DNA of 64,000 nucleotides, from NCBI GenBank assembly GCA_028282885.1, contig JANQGX010000058.1, forward strand, positions 68,078 to 132,077. The letters run 5' to 3'. This DNA comes from SAR324 cluster bacterium (GTDB taxonomy: Bacteria > SAR324 > XYD2-FULL-50-16). A program made the position numbers and the translations under genes. Under the pieces are notes generated by a model. That model was not told the DNA's origin. It did not search any database and saw only the letters and a list, made by a program, of their open reading frames with translations. Shown here one piece after another: positions 36,672 through 46,728 of the stretch (position 1 is its first letter; each line of letters opens with the position of its first letter).

Positions 36672-36867
36672 GGTGATGACTCCAATAAAAGTGAAAACTT
36701 CAAACGGATTGAGATATGATTACGATAATCGAAGGCAATATAGTGCTTGGGCAGGTATTGCCGGTTTGACCTGATTGATTCAGTTGTGAAACAGTCAATC
36801 TTAATTGATAGCAAAAAGACCACAATTATTCTACTACAATTACACCGCTGACCCTAAATCGATCAGG

Positions 36868-37443
36868 ATGAATTCAGATAACAGAGCAGTTTTCCTGGAT
36901 AGAGATGGTGTGTTGATTAAAGATGTTAATTACCTGTCCAGGCTTGAAGATATTTCAATTTATGATGATGTACCTGAAGGATTAATCTCTCTGAAGAAGA
37001 ACGGATTCAAGCTGATCATGATCACAAATCAATCCGGTGTTGCCCGCGGTTTTTTTGATGAATCCTTTGTCTACGAAACCTACAATTTTTTGAACAATAT
37101 TTTCAGCAAATCCGGAGTTTCATTGGATGATTTGTACTTTTGTCCTCACCATCAGCAAGGTAAGCCCCCCTACAATATAAAATGCGATTGCCGTAAACCT
37201 GCCCCGGGAATGATCGAAAAAGCATCGAAAAAACACGGGATCGATTGCCAACGCTCATTTATGCTTGGTGATAAAAAAAGTGATGTTGAACTGGCCTATA
37301 ATTCAGGCACCCGTGGGATTCTTTTAAGAACCGGAAAAGGCGACTCCGAGGCAGCATCTGTCGCAGAGCTTTACCCGGAAGTTCCAATCCTTGATACCTT
37401 TTCCGATGCGATTGATTTTATTCTGAAAAACAGCTTCGACTAA
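36868..37443 (+). CDS. gmhB: D-glycero-D-manno-heptose-1,7-bisphosphate phosphatase
   Basis: FLDRDG, ITNQSG, CPH...CDCRKPAPGM and MLGDK.SD. Confidence 0.9.
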   Translation: MNSDNRAVFLDRDGVLIKDVNYLSRLEDISIYDDVPEGLISLKKNGFKLIMITNQSGVARGFFDESFVYETYNFLNNIFSKSGVSLDDLYFCPHHQQGKPPYNIKCDCRKPAPGMIEKASKKHGIDCQRSFMLGDKKSDVELAYNSGTRGILLRTGKGDSEAASVAELYPEVPILDTFSDAIDFILKNSFD

Positions 37444-37615
37444 TCCTCCTTATGTCCGCCAGGACCTGGGATTAACATCGGAACCGAGATCTGTCTTTGA
37501 TATCTTTTGACTTTGGTGGGGAGGTCTGTTATCCGGTACTCTGCCTGTATTTAAACAAATAACTAACACGGAAAACAGTTAAGCTACAATTGTAGATTGT
37601 TGGATTTGATGTGAG

Positions 37616-37849
37616 CTAAATACTGTTCTGATACTTTTCAATGCACTCTTCGCTGCAGAAATCCATCTTCCTGTATTTTTTTATCAGCTCTCTGCTGGTG
37701 AAGTTTTGGCATTGTGTACACTGTACCAGATCTGTTGGCTCATCCAACTGTTTGTTTTTAAACAAATTTTCAATCGCAAGATAAGCCCCGTTTTTGATGA
37801 TTTTGAATAATAGATAGCCCAATACGGCAATAACTATATATTTGAACAT
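37616..37849 (-). CDS. Small membrane-anchored metal-binding protein (PP0621/TRASH-like)
   Basis: N-terminal TM segment and LVQCTQC...FCSEEC. Confidence 0.7.
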   Translation of the reverse strand: MFKYIVIAVLGYLLFKIIKNGAYLAIENLFKNKQLDEPTDLVQCTQCQNFTSRELIKKYRKMDFCSEECIEKYQNSI

Positions 37850-37948
37850 GATAGCTTAGGGGATGTGAAATCTCTTGGCGTCAATAAACTGGGGACAGGT
37901 GTCAATCATGAGTCTTTATCTGCTCCATATTAATACACTGAAGGATCT

Positions 37949-39370
37949 ATGACTATCTCCAAAAAAGAGAATCAGAAAAGTACTTCTTCTCTCTGGTACC
38001 TGGAAAAACAATACGGTATACCAATCTGGCACAACTCACTGGCAATTCCGCATTTAAGAAGAGAGCATTCTCCGGCCGAAATTGAGCTGCAGAGGAAATT
38101 GGGATTCATAATAGAAAAAAGCAGCAAGGACAAAGATTTATCTTTGATATTCATTTCGGAAAAAACTGATTTCCTGTCACTTTCACAATACCTGCCTTTT
38201 CTTTTTTCAAAGGTCAAATGTTACCTGTGCAGCAGCCAGTTGATACATGAGAGACTCTCTTACCTGGATCAACCACAATCATTTTCATCAGATAACAAAG
38301 CCACACGACAACTATCCTATCTCTTGGAGCATGCCATAAATAAAGGGGCATCGGACATCCACATCGAAAGCCGGTCCTTCAACAAAAGTGCCCGTATGAG
38401 GATCGACGGCACTCTTGTGTCCATCAAACTAAACGAACAAATTGAGGATGCGCTTTTCCTGAAAACAAAGCTGATCTCTAAAATGGATATAGCCAAAAAG
38501 CATTCTCCCCAGGACGGACATTTTCCTTACACTTCTCAAACCGGCAAACGATTTGATCTGAGAACCTCCACAATACCATCCGTAACAGGCGAAAAACTTG
38601 TCATTCGCTTACTTCCAGCTTCGACTGTGCGTTACTCACTGGGAGATCTTGGCTTCACGGGTAAGCATACGGAATTATTGGGAAAATACATTAGCAAGAA
38701 GTCGGGGCTTATTCTATTCACTGGTCCGACCGGATCCGGCAAAACAACCTCTTTATATGCAATATTAAATGAACTGAGGTCGGATGCGCTGAATATTGTA
38801 ACCATTGAAGATCCTGTGGAATACAGGTTGGATTCAGTAACCCAGGTACAGGTCAATGAACAAGCCGGTGTTAGCTTTTCCAGCGCCCTCAGGTCAATTC
38901 TCAGACAGGATCCAGATGTCATCCTGATTGGAGAAATTCGAGACCAGGAAACAGCACAGATTGCAGCAAGAGCAGCACAAACAGGTCATCTTGTTTTATC
39001 GACTCTGCATAGTAATGATGTGTTTGAAACACTGAGAAGGTTGGGTAACCTCGGTGTTGAGAAGGATGATATTTCATCTTCTCTAAACCTGGTCGTTTCA
39101 CAAAGATTGGTTCAACACCGATGTCGCTGCGGCGGCTCGGATGATTGCAACCTATGTCAAGGTACTGACGTTTCGGGAAGAATACCAATTATGGAGATTC
39201 TGGAGGTGTCGCCTGAGTTCAGGCGTTTGTTCTCTTCGGAAATGTCAATGGCCGATATCAGATCGAAAATGATGGCTGAAGGATTTAATACATTGGTTTC
39301 ACAAGCAAAACTACTATTTAATGAGGGAAAGATAAAAGAATCAGAGCTTAATTCAATTCGTTTTGAATAA
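37949..39370 (+). CDS. GspE/PilB-family secretion ATPase
   Basis: ASDIHIE, PQDG, GPTGSGKTT, TIEDPVEY, LRQDPDVI.IGEIRD and TGHLVLSTLH. Confidence 0.93.
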   Translation: MTISKKENQKSTSSLWYLEKQYGIPIWHNSLAIPHLRREHSPAEIELQRKLGFIIEKSSKDKDLSLIFISEKTDFLSLSQYLPFLFSKVKCYLCSSQLIHERLSYLDQPQSFSSDNKATRQLSYLLEHAINKGASDIHIESRSFNKSARMRIDGTLVSIKLNEQIEDALFLKTKLISKMDIAKKHSPQDGHFPYTSQTGKRFDLRTSTIPSVTGEKLVIRLLPASTVRYSLGDLGFTGKHTELLGKYISKKSGLILFTGPTGSGKTTSLYAILNELRSDALNIVTIEDPVEYRLDSVTQVQVNEQAGVSFSSALRSILRQDPDVILIGEIRDQETAQIAARAAQTGHLVLSTLHSNDVFETLRRLGNLGVEKDDISSSLNLVVSQRLVQHRCRCGGSDDCNLCQGTDVSGRIPIMEILEVSPEFRRLFSSEMSMADIRSKMMAEGFNTLVSQAKLLFNEGKIKESELNSIRFE

Positions 39371-39417
39371 TATCGTCAATCTTATACTGAACCACAACCC
39401 TGAGAAGCGAGCTTTTA

Positions 39418-40602
39418 ATGAAGTTCAAATCCGCTTTTATCTACGAAGTGTCACTACTTGATGGTCGGAAAAAGGTCGGTATTGTCTACAATTCCAGCCG
39501 TTATCGATTAAAAACAAAGCTTGGCCTGAGAGGTTATTTCAAGATAAAAATCAGCACTGTTCCTTCGAGTTTGCTGAGTAAACCACTGACAAACAAAGCG
39601 TTATTGCAGATCATCAACCCTCTCGCCATGATGCTGCGGTCGGGTCTTACACTAACGGATGCACTGGAAATGCAGATAAATGAAAATCCATCGGTGATAC
39701 AGAAGTTTATCTTCATTCATCTGTCTGAATCTTTAAATTCGGGCAAAGATATTAAATCATCGCTTGCAATACTGAATCCCCTGTTTCCGGATTTCTTCAA
39801 AACCATCATCGGTATATGCGAATCTTCCGGAAGGCTGTTGGCGGGATTGGACTCATTAAAGGACTTTTATGGGAAAAAGGAGGAAAGAACACAGGAACTT
39901 AAGAAGATTACCCGATATCCAAAGGTAGTCGCGATGGCTTCGCTTGTGCTTTCAGCAGGAGTTATTATATTTATCATTCCAATGTTTAACGGTATCTACG
40001 AGATGTTTGGCGATAATCTTCCATTTGTTACAAAAATCATGCTGAATATCTCCCGATTTGTTCACGAGTACTCCCTGGAACTATCATTAGCATTGATTCT
40101 GTTTGCGGTCTGGTTATTTTTACCAGGATTGAACAAGCTGAATCCATTCGTAAACCTTGCACGTACTGCCGGCAGACGCCTGGCAACACGAGACGATCCC
40201 TATTTATACTCCCAGGCCTTGAGAATGCTTCTGGAAAATGGTCAACCCTTATCCGATGCATCAAAGCAGGCTGCCTATTGCCTGTCAGAAAACAACATCC
40301 GCTTTGGCATCAAAGTAACAGAGCTGTTGAACTCCGGGCTGGATTTGGCAACCTCATTTCAAAAAATCGGCTGGTTTCCATCCCTCTACTACCGAATCCT
40401 GGTTTCAGCGGAAAAATCCGGGCAGTTGGCAACCGGCTTTGCTCAAATTTGCAGACTGCTGGAACAAAAAAAGGAGGAGTCGTTTAACCGTTGGAACAAA
40501 TATATCGAACCGGCAATGATGCTGTTACTTGGCGGACTTATCCTGGTCATCCTGCTGGCAGTCTATCTTCCGGTATTTGACCTCGGGAACCAGATAAAAT
40601 GA
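39418..40602 (+). CDS. GspF/PilC-family inner-membrane platform protein
   Basis: L..ML.SG..L..AL, E.SG.L, YP, E.SG.L and IEP...YLP.F (two T2SSF repeats). Confidence 0.9.
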   Translation: MKFKSAFIYEVSLLDGRKKVGIVYNSSRYRLKTKLGLRGYFKIKISTVPSSLLSKPLTNKALLQIINPLAMMLRSGLTLTDALEMQINENPSVIQKFIFIHLSESLNSGKDIKSSLAILNPLFPDFFKTIIGICESSGRLLAGLDSLKDFYGKKEERTQELKKITRYPKVVAMASLVLSAGVIIFIIPMFNGIYEMFGDNLPFVTKIMLNISRFVHEYSLELSLALILFAVWLFLPGLNKLNPFVNLARTAGRRLATRDDPYLYSQALRMLLENGQPLSDASKQAAYCLSENNIRFGIKVTELLNSGLDLATSFQKIGWFPSLYYRILVSAEKSGQLATGFAQICRLLEQKKEESFNRWNKYIEPAMMLLLGGLILVILLAVYLPVFDLGNQIK

Positions 40603-40629
40603 TGAACACATATAAAACAAATCTCCTGT

Positions 40630-41262
40630 TTAACCACCTGCATCCGAAACAACTCGAATAAGCTGTTTGACTTTATCGATGTTCTTAACACCGGGTCTCA
40701 CCTCAACTCCGGACGAAACATCAACTGCATAGGGGCGAACAAGACTGACTGCAGCTCCGGCATTATCCGGGGTGATTCCGCCCGCCAAAATAATCCCGGA
40801 AAGATCATCAAGCTTTTGTAGGAGCTTCCAGTCAAAACTTTTCCCTGTTCCGCCATATTCATCTTCAGACCAGGCATCGAGCAGCACGTAGCTGGCACCA
40901 AAGGAGGGGACTATATCCAGGCTGTTTTGGTTACGAATCCGAATGGCTTTCATCCAGGGGATGTTGCTTTCCGTCAGGGAGCGGCAGTATTCAGGGGATT
41001 CGTCCCCTGAGAGCTGTGCGAGACTTAATCCTGTTGAGTTGATGATTGAAGATATTTCTGAAATCGATTCATTAACGAAAACTCCCACGGTCTTGAGGAA
41101 TGGAGGGAGATCGACCAGCATATCACGGATTTTATCCGGACTGACATACCGGGAAGATTTTTGATAGAGAATGAATCCCATGGCATCCACAGGTAATTCT
41201 GCTATCTCTTCAGCCTGTTCCTTTTGAGTAATTCCACAGATTTTAATTCGGGTTTTTCTCAT
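40630..41262 (-). CDS. trpF: Phosphoribosylanthranilate isomerase
   Basis: IKICGIT, VGVFVN, GGTG..FDW, LAGG and DVSSGVE. Confidence 0.96.
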   Translation of the reverse strand: MRKTRIKICGITQKEQAEEIAELPVDAMGFILYQKSSRYVSPDKIRDMLVDLPPFLKTVGVFVNESISEISSIINSTGLSLAQLSGDESPEYCRSLTESNIPWMKAIRIRNQNSLDIVPSFGASYVLLDAWSEDEYGGTGKSFDWKLLQKLDDLSGIILAGGITPDNAGAAVSLVRPYAVDVSSGVEVRPGVKNIDKVKQLIRVVSDAGG

Positions 41263-42041
41263 CTTGCCAATCTCATCAAGTCTTTTAGTGCGAATCCCGG
41301 ATCCGGTTTTCTCATTAAGCTTTCCCCAACCAAAATTCCATGAAATCCGTTGTCATGAAGGGCTCTGCAGTCTTCGGCAGTTTTTATTCCGGATTCGCTT
41401 ACCGCAACCACGGTGTCCGGAATCATCGGTTTTAGTTGGAGGGAATGTTCAATACTTGTCTGAAAAGTACTGAGATTTCTATTGTTTATACCGATCAGGT
41501 CGAATTCCAGATCCAAAGCCAGTTCCAATTCCTCCCGTGAATGCACTTCAACCAGCACAGACAGACCGAAGCTCTCGGCAATTGTTTTAAGCTGTCGCAA
41601 ATCCTCTTTTCCGAGGGCGGAGACAATCAATAAAATAGCATCGGCTCCCAGGTTGTAAGACTCCCTGATCTGTCTTTTGTCGACAATAAAATCCTTTCTT
41701 AACACCGGTATGTGAACTTCCTTTTTGATTTCAACCAAAAACTGAGGTGCGCCCTGGAAGTATTTCTGTTCTGTTAACACACTGATGCAGTCAGCCCCGG
41801 AACTTTCATAAGAGTTAGCAATAGCAACAGGTTGAAAATCCTCCCGGATTAATCCTTTGGAGGGAGATGCTTTCTTAACTTCCGCAATGATAGAGAGGCT
41901 TTCTCCTGCCAATGCATCTCTGAAATCCAATGGAATTCTGTTGTCCTTGTTGTTCTTCTCCAGATTAGCTTCGTTAATCCAGCCAAGATCACGGTCTATT
42001 TCTACTTTTTTGTCTTTAATTATTTTGTCTAAAATACTCAC
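41259..42041 (-). CDS. trpC: Indole-3-glycerol phosphate synthase
   Basis: IIAEVKKASPSKG, SVLTE, LRKDF, GINNRNL and SESGI. GTG start at 42041 after GGAG. Confidence 0.96.
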   Translation of the reverse strand: MSILDKIIKDKKVEIDRDLGWINEANLEKNNKDNRIPLDFRDALAGESLSIIAEVKKASPSKGLIREDFQPVAIANSYESSGADCISVLTEQKYFQGAPQFLVEIKKEVHIPVLRKDFIVDKRQIRESYNLGADAILLIVSALGKEDLRQLKTIAESFGLSVLVEVHSREELELALDLEFDLIGINNRNLSTFQTSIEHSLQLKPMIPDTVVAVSESGIKTAEDCRALHDNGFHGILVGESLMRKPDPGFALKDLMRLAR

Positions 42042-42064
42042 TTTGCTCCCGGATCTTTCATGGA

Positions 42065-43090
42065 TTAATGATTTATAGCGTTGGTAAAAGAGACCATACG
42101 CTCTACCGCTTTCATACCGACGCCCTGTTTGATTAATTCTCTTGCTTGTGCAAAGGCATCCTTCAACGGGCAATCCTCCGCTGCTGAAATGGCAAAACCG
42201 GCGTTGAGGATCACAATATCTCTCTTAGGCCCTCCAATCTCCCCTTTCAAAACACCCATGGTAATTTCGGCATTTTCTGCGGGCTCTCCTCCTTTAATAT
42301 CCTCCAGTGAACCTTTTTTGAATCCGTATTCCTCGGGATCAAAGATAAACTCGGTAATTTCCCCGCTGCTTTTCAGATAGGCAGCCTTGGTGTTTCCCTG
42401 GATACAGACTTCATCCAATCCGCTTAATCCTGAAAAGACATATGCGGATCTGGACCCCAGTTCTTTTAAAACCTGTATAATAGTAGGGACATAATTGTCA
42501 TCAAACAGACCGATAACCTGAACCTGGGCGTTGGCAGGATTTGTTAGAGGTCCGAGAATGTTGAAAATGGTTCTGACAGCCAACTCTTTTCGCACCGGGA
42601 CGACATGCTTCATGGCACTGTGCAAGGCAGGAGCGAATAGAAACCCGATCCCGACAGTTCGGATGCTTTCGGCAACCTGTACCGGGGTCAACTGCAGATT
42701 AATTCCCAATGCTTCAAGAAGATCCGCACTACCACTTTTTGATGTCATCGAACGGTTACCGTGTTTTGCTATCCTGTATCCTCCCCCAGCCAGAAGTAAG
42801 GCAACAGTGGTGGATATATTGAAAGATCCGGATGCATCTCCTCCGGTGCCACAGGTATCAATAATCAGATCATCAGCAATAGGGATCTTGGTTGATTTTT
42901 CCCGCATAACAGAAGCACAAGCTGCGATTTCTGTGATGGTTTCTTTTTTAATTCGTAAGGCTATCAACATGGCGGACATCTGACTCGGGGCCAGATCTCC
43001 GTCCATAAATCGATTCATCATCCATTCCGCTTCCCGGTAACTGAGATCCACACCATTGATCAGACGTTCAAGAATCAATTTTGTTTCCAC
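42065..43090 (-). CDS. trpD: Anthranilate phosphoribosyltransferase
   Basis: DTCGTGGD, NIST, KHGNR, SGSAD and RTIFNILGPLTNP. Confidence 0.97.
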   Translation of the reverse strand: METKLILERLINGVDLSYREAEWMMNRFMDGDLAPSQMSAMLIALRIKKETITEIAACASVMREKSTKIPIADDLIIDTCGTGGDASGSFNISTTVALLLAGGGYRIAKHGNRSMTSKSGSADLLEALGINLQLTPVQVAESIRTVGIGFLFAPALHSAMKHVVPVRKELAVRTIFNILGPLTNPANAQVQVIGLFDDNYVPTIIQVLKELGSRSAYVFSGLSGLDEVCIQGNTKAAYLKSSGEITEFIFDPEEYGFKKGSLEDIKGGEPAENAEITMGVLKGEIGGPKRDIVILNAGFAISAAEDCPLKDAFAQARELIKQGVGMKAVERMVSFTNAINH

Positions 43091-43424
43091 GGATTATATC
43101 TCCAATTGGTTTTGAGTACATAAATACCGGCACTCAGCGAACCGGGATCGGTGCCAAATGCCTTGATATCCCCTTCATTTGTTGTTTGTACCCAGATGCA
43201 TTTTCCCGGTTTAAATACAATGTGTCCACCCATTCACTTTTTAAAATCCGGCAGCATTGTTGAGAACTTACAATAATCCTGCTAAAAGCGTGTTCACAAA
43301 ATGATCAGAACAGATCTATGATAAAGCTCGTTCGGATCAGTTTGGTAAGGCAGTTAAAACAGATTCATGCTCATCTCGATCAATCAGTCATCTCTTTCGT
43401 TAAACATGCTTAAAGCTTCTGTCT

Positions 43425-45956
43425 ATGTCGAATCACATTACTACATACGATCATCTTAACGGTTTCTATCGACCGGGGTTGTCGTTTCCCGATCAACTGG
43501 TAAACACCACTGTGGGAAGAGACACGCTTCTTGAGGAGGTGATTGAAAAGCTGAATGACAACAAGGCAGAGAGTGAAAGAACCAGTTTCATGATCATGGG
43601 TCCACCCGGGGTGGGTAAAACCCATTTCATTAGGGTTTTGGGAAGGACCATTCAAAATCGTGATAGTTTGAAAGACCGCTTTATCCTTATCCAGTTTCCG
43701 GAAGAAAACCATAGAATCCTGACCTTCGCTGACCTGCTGACGGGCATAGTGGAGATTTTGGAGAACATGACTGCCGAGAAACAATGGTCTGAGCTATACC
43801 GGAATCTTGTCGAACTGGAAGATGATACTGTTCTGATTGAAACTGCGATCCCGGAGTTCGAATCATATTGCAAGACAAATGAGAAAACCATGTTGATCCT
43901 GTTGGAGAATATCGATGTCTTTTTCCGGGGACAACTGAGAGACAATAAAAATGTCAAACAATTTCGGAAATTTATCACCAAATCCTCGTTTGCGAATTTC
44001 ATAGGAACCTCGCAGTTCAACCTGATTAAATCAGAAGAGCTTCGAAAATCTCCCTTCACACTGTTCGATATCCATATTCTCGATGTTCTGGATGAGAAAG
44101 AGACACTACAACTGATAAAAAAGAAACTGGAATGGGAAAAGCAAAATGAACTTCTGGATTCGTTTGAAGAGCTAACCCCCCGAATCAGGGCTCTATATGA
44201 AATGTCCGGTGGTAATCCCCGATTGAGTCTCATTTTGTATGAACTGCTTGTAAAAGAAAGCAAATGGGATATTAAACGTCAATTGGAGAAGCTCCTGGAT
44301 CAAACCACTCCGTTCTTTCGTGACCGAATGAGGTCCCTTGCACCGCAGGAACGCGCCTTGCTGGAGATCATCTCACTAATGAAGCTTGATTACAAAACAA
44401 CTGCGAAAATCGCAAAAGCTTCACGACAATCCCATCAGCAGACGGCAAATCACCTGAACAAGCTATTAAAGGCAGGATACCTGGTGGTTGTGGACCACCC
44501 GACAGACAAACGCTCCCGGATTTACAGAATCAAGGAGGGATTTTTTGGTCTTTGGCTTGCGATCGGCCACTCCCGTAAACAGAATATTATCTTACCACGC
44601 CTCGTCGAGTTTTTTGAGCAGTGGTATGCGGAAAAAACCGTCAGGGAGAAGAAACGGCAACAGATCTGGAACTCGCTTCGTTCCCTTGAAGTCAATCCGG
44701 ATCTGATAGAGATCGATAATCAGGAATTATTGCTTCAATATCTTTCGGATATTGGTGATGACAAAGAAAAAGCCAGAAGTAAACTGGAACTTGTGTTTTA
44801 TTTCCTGTCACTAGCCAAGATAAGGGAAGCAAAAAGATTGATTCTGGAGATTTACGAGCTTGACTATGCTAAACCTTACTATTTTGAGTGGTTGCTCCAG
44901 CAATGCAAGAGCTGGATTTCAGGCAATATCGAACCGGTTATTTTGCAGGAGATGGAAGATATCCAGAAATGCTGGAACCTGCAGAACCTAAACCTCCCGG
45001 AAGCCTTGGGAGAGCAGGCTTTGAACCTGGCCATCAACTTTTTTAATAACGGGTTTTATGACCTGGTACAGTCATTTGTTGAAGATATGCTGTCGACAGG
45101 CACCGATCCGAGGATCAGAATATTATTGCTGGAAAGAGTGGCTGTCAGCCAGGAAAAACTTAAAAACTGGGATTCGGCCATAAGCTCATGGAAAGAGGTT
45201 TTGGAAAATGCTGAAAAGCATCGTGACTACAAATCGCAGGGCACTATTTTAAACAATATTTCTCAGATCTACCAGGATCAGGGAAATTATGATCTTGCCT
45301 TGGAAAACCTAACCAAATCGCTTCAAATCTTAAAAAAAATCAAAGATTACGATGGGCAAGGGACTACCCTGAACAACATCTCCACCATTCATTTTGACCA
45401 GGGGTATTTTGAGAAGGCGCTGGAAAGGCTTGAGGAAGCTTTGGGAATATCAAAGATCAGTGGAAATCTCTTTATTGAAGGCATCACCCTCAGCAATCTC
45501 TCCATGATTTATCAAGCCCGGGGAGATTTTGAGCCTGCCCTGGATTGTCTCTATCGGGCCTTGGATTACATGCGCAAAATTGGTGATTCCTCTTCGGAGT
45601 GTATTACCCTCAATAATATTTCACAGGTTCAACTGGAGCTCGGACTGATAGACGATGCGTTTCGTTCCCTGCAACATGCGCTTTACATCGCCCAGGATGA
45701 GAACAACAAACAGGCAACATGCCTTACCCTTTACAACAGGGGAAAACTTCACAAGGCTTCGGGAAAGAACGAAGAAGCGATGATTAACTGGACTTACGCA
45801 TATAAAATAGCTCGAGAGGAAAATGTCGTTGAGGTGCTGGAAAAGCTGGACAAGGTAGCTGAATCTAAAATTGATAATAGCAAGGAGTTCTGGCAAAACA
45901 GGCTGAAGGATTTGATCATTCAGGAGCAAGATGTCGAAACCCCCGGTATCAATTAA
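43425..45956 (+). CDS. STAND-like P-loop ATPase with winged HTH and C-terminal TPRs
   Basis: VGRD, GPPGVGKT, LILLENID, SGGNPR (GxP), a wHTH segment, then several GxxLNNIS-type TPR repeats. Confidence 0.88.
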   Translation: MSNHITTYDHLNGFYRPGLSFPDQLVNTTVGRDTLLEEVIEKLNDNKAESERTSFMIMGPPGVGKTHFIRVLGRTIQNRDSLKDRFILIQFPEENHRILTFADLLTGIVEILENMTAEKQWSELYRNLVELEDDTVLIETAIPEFESYCKTNEKTMLILLENIDVFFRGQLRDNKNVKQFRKFITKSSFANFIGTSQFNLIKSEELRKSPFTLFDIHILDVLDEKETLQLIKKKLEWEKQNELLDSFEELTPRIRALYEMSGGNPRLSLILYELLVKESKWDIKRQLEKLLDQTTPFFRDRMRSLAPQERALLEIISLMKLDYKTTAKIAKASRQSHQQTANHLNKLLKAGYLVVVDHPTDKRSRIYRIKEGFFGLWLAIGHSRKQNIILPRLVEFFEQWYAEKTVREKKRQQIWNSLRSLEVNPDLIEIDNQELLLQYLSDIGDDKEKARSKLELVFYFLSLAKIREAKRLILEIYELDYAKPYYFEWLLQQCKSWISGNIEPVILQEMEDIQKCWNLQNLNLPEALGEQALNLAINFFNNGFYDLVQSFVEDMLSTGTDPRIRILLLERVAVSQEKLKNWDSAISSWKEVLENAEKHRDYKSQGTILNNISQIYQDQGNYDLALENLTKSLQILKKIKDYDGQGTTLNNISTIHFDQGYFEKALERLEEALGISKISGNLFIEGITLSNLSMIYQARGDFEPALDCLYRALDYMRKIGDSSSECITLNNISQVQLELGLIDDAFRSLQHALYIAQDENNKQATCLTLYNRGKLHKASGKNEEAMINWTYAYKIAREENVVEVLEKLDKVAESKIDNSKEFWQNRLKDLIIQEQDVETPGIN

Positions 45957-46716
45957 AAATAAAAACAGGATCAAAGGGTTTGTCATCTGCCTTGCACTCT
46001 TATCTATCCAAATCGGATTGCCCGGCGTTTCTCGATCTGAAGCATCTGATCTCACCATAAGACAAAAAGCGCTCTCATATCCCGAAATTCTTTACAAATC
46101 CGGAGAGTATTACCGCTCAATGTCTGAAATAATGAGATTAAAGTTTGAGCTCGGATATGAAAAGGATGAGCTTCAATTGGACATTCTTTATCTCAAAAAT
46201 GCATACAAATTAAAGGAGTACAGAAAAATTCTGGATTCGGCCCCCGGATTAATGGAAAATCCCGGGGTGAAAAACAGCCCTGAAAAAAGGCATCAAGTCG
46301 GCAAGATTTTAACCGCAACCCTGGTAAATCTGAAAGACTATTCAAAAGCGGCCGATACCTGGGACGCTTGTTGCAGTTCCTCGGGCAGGGAGTTCGTCAA
46401 ACCTGACGAAATTCCGGGAATGGTTGATCCGGACCGGGCCCGATGGTATTCGACTTTCTTACCAGGCTCCGGTCTTTTACTTTCCGGGGAATATGGTAAA
46501 GCGCTGGTTTCTTTCTTGTTGAATAGCATAACCCTCTATGGAATTTACCACTATGGAACCCACCAACAGATGGGCACAGCCGGTCTGTTGCTGTTTTTTG
46601 AAATAGGTTGGTATGCAGGCGGTCGAAACGCCTCGGCAGAAGCTGCCGAGGACCATAATCGCGCCCTGGTATCGGAATATTATCAATCCAACTATTACCC
46701 GGAATTGGGTAACTAA
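45931..46716 (+). CDS. Hypothetical exported/membrane protein with TPR-like N-terminus
   Basis: N-terminal hydrophobic segment and a C-terminal S.FLPG.G..Y-type motif plus TM segments. Overlaps the STAND gene by 26 nt; start uncertain. Confidence 0.7.
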   Translation: MSKPPVSIKNKNRIKGFVICLALLSIQIGLPGVSRSEASDLTIRQKALSYPEILYKSGEYYRSMSEIMRLKFELGYEKDELQLDILYLKNAYKLKEYRKILDSAPGLMENPGVKNSPEKRHQVGKILTATLVNLKDYSKAADTWDACCSSSGREFVKPDEIPGMVDPDRARWYSTFLPGSGLLLSGEYGKALVSFLLNSITLYGIYHYGTHQQMGTAGLLLFFEIGWYAGGRNASAEAAEDHNRALVSEYYQSNYYPELGN

Positions 46717-46728
46717 TTAAACTGGCAT

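Noticed and set aside
43091-43424. trp attenuator or sigma54 promoter upstream of trpD
   Set aside because: I found no leader with tandem Trp codons. The minus-strand TTGGCAC lacks a correctly spaced TTGC.
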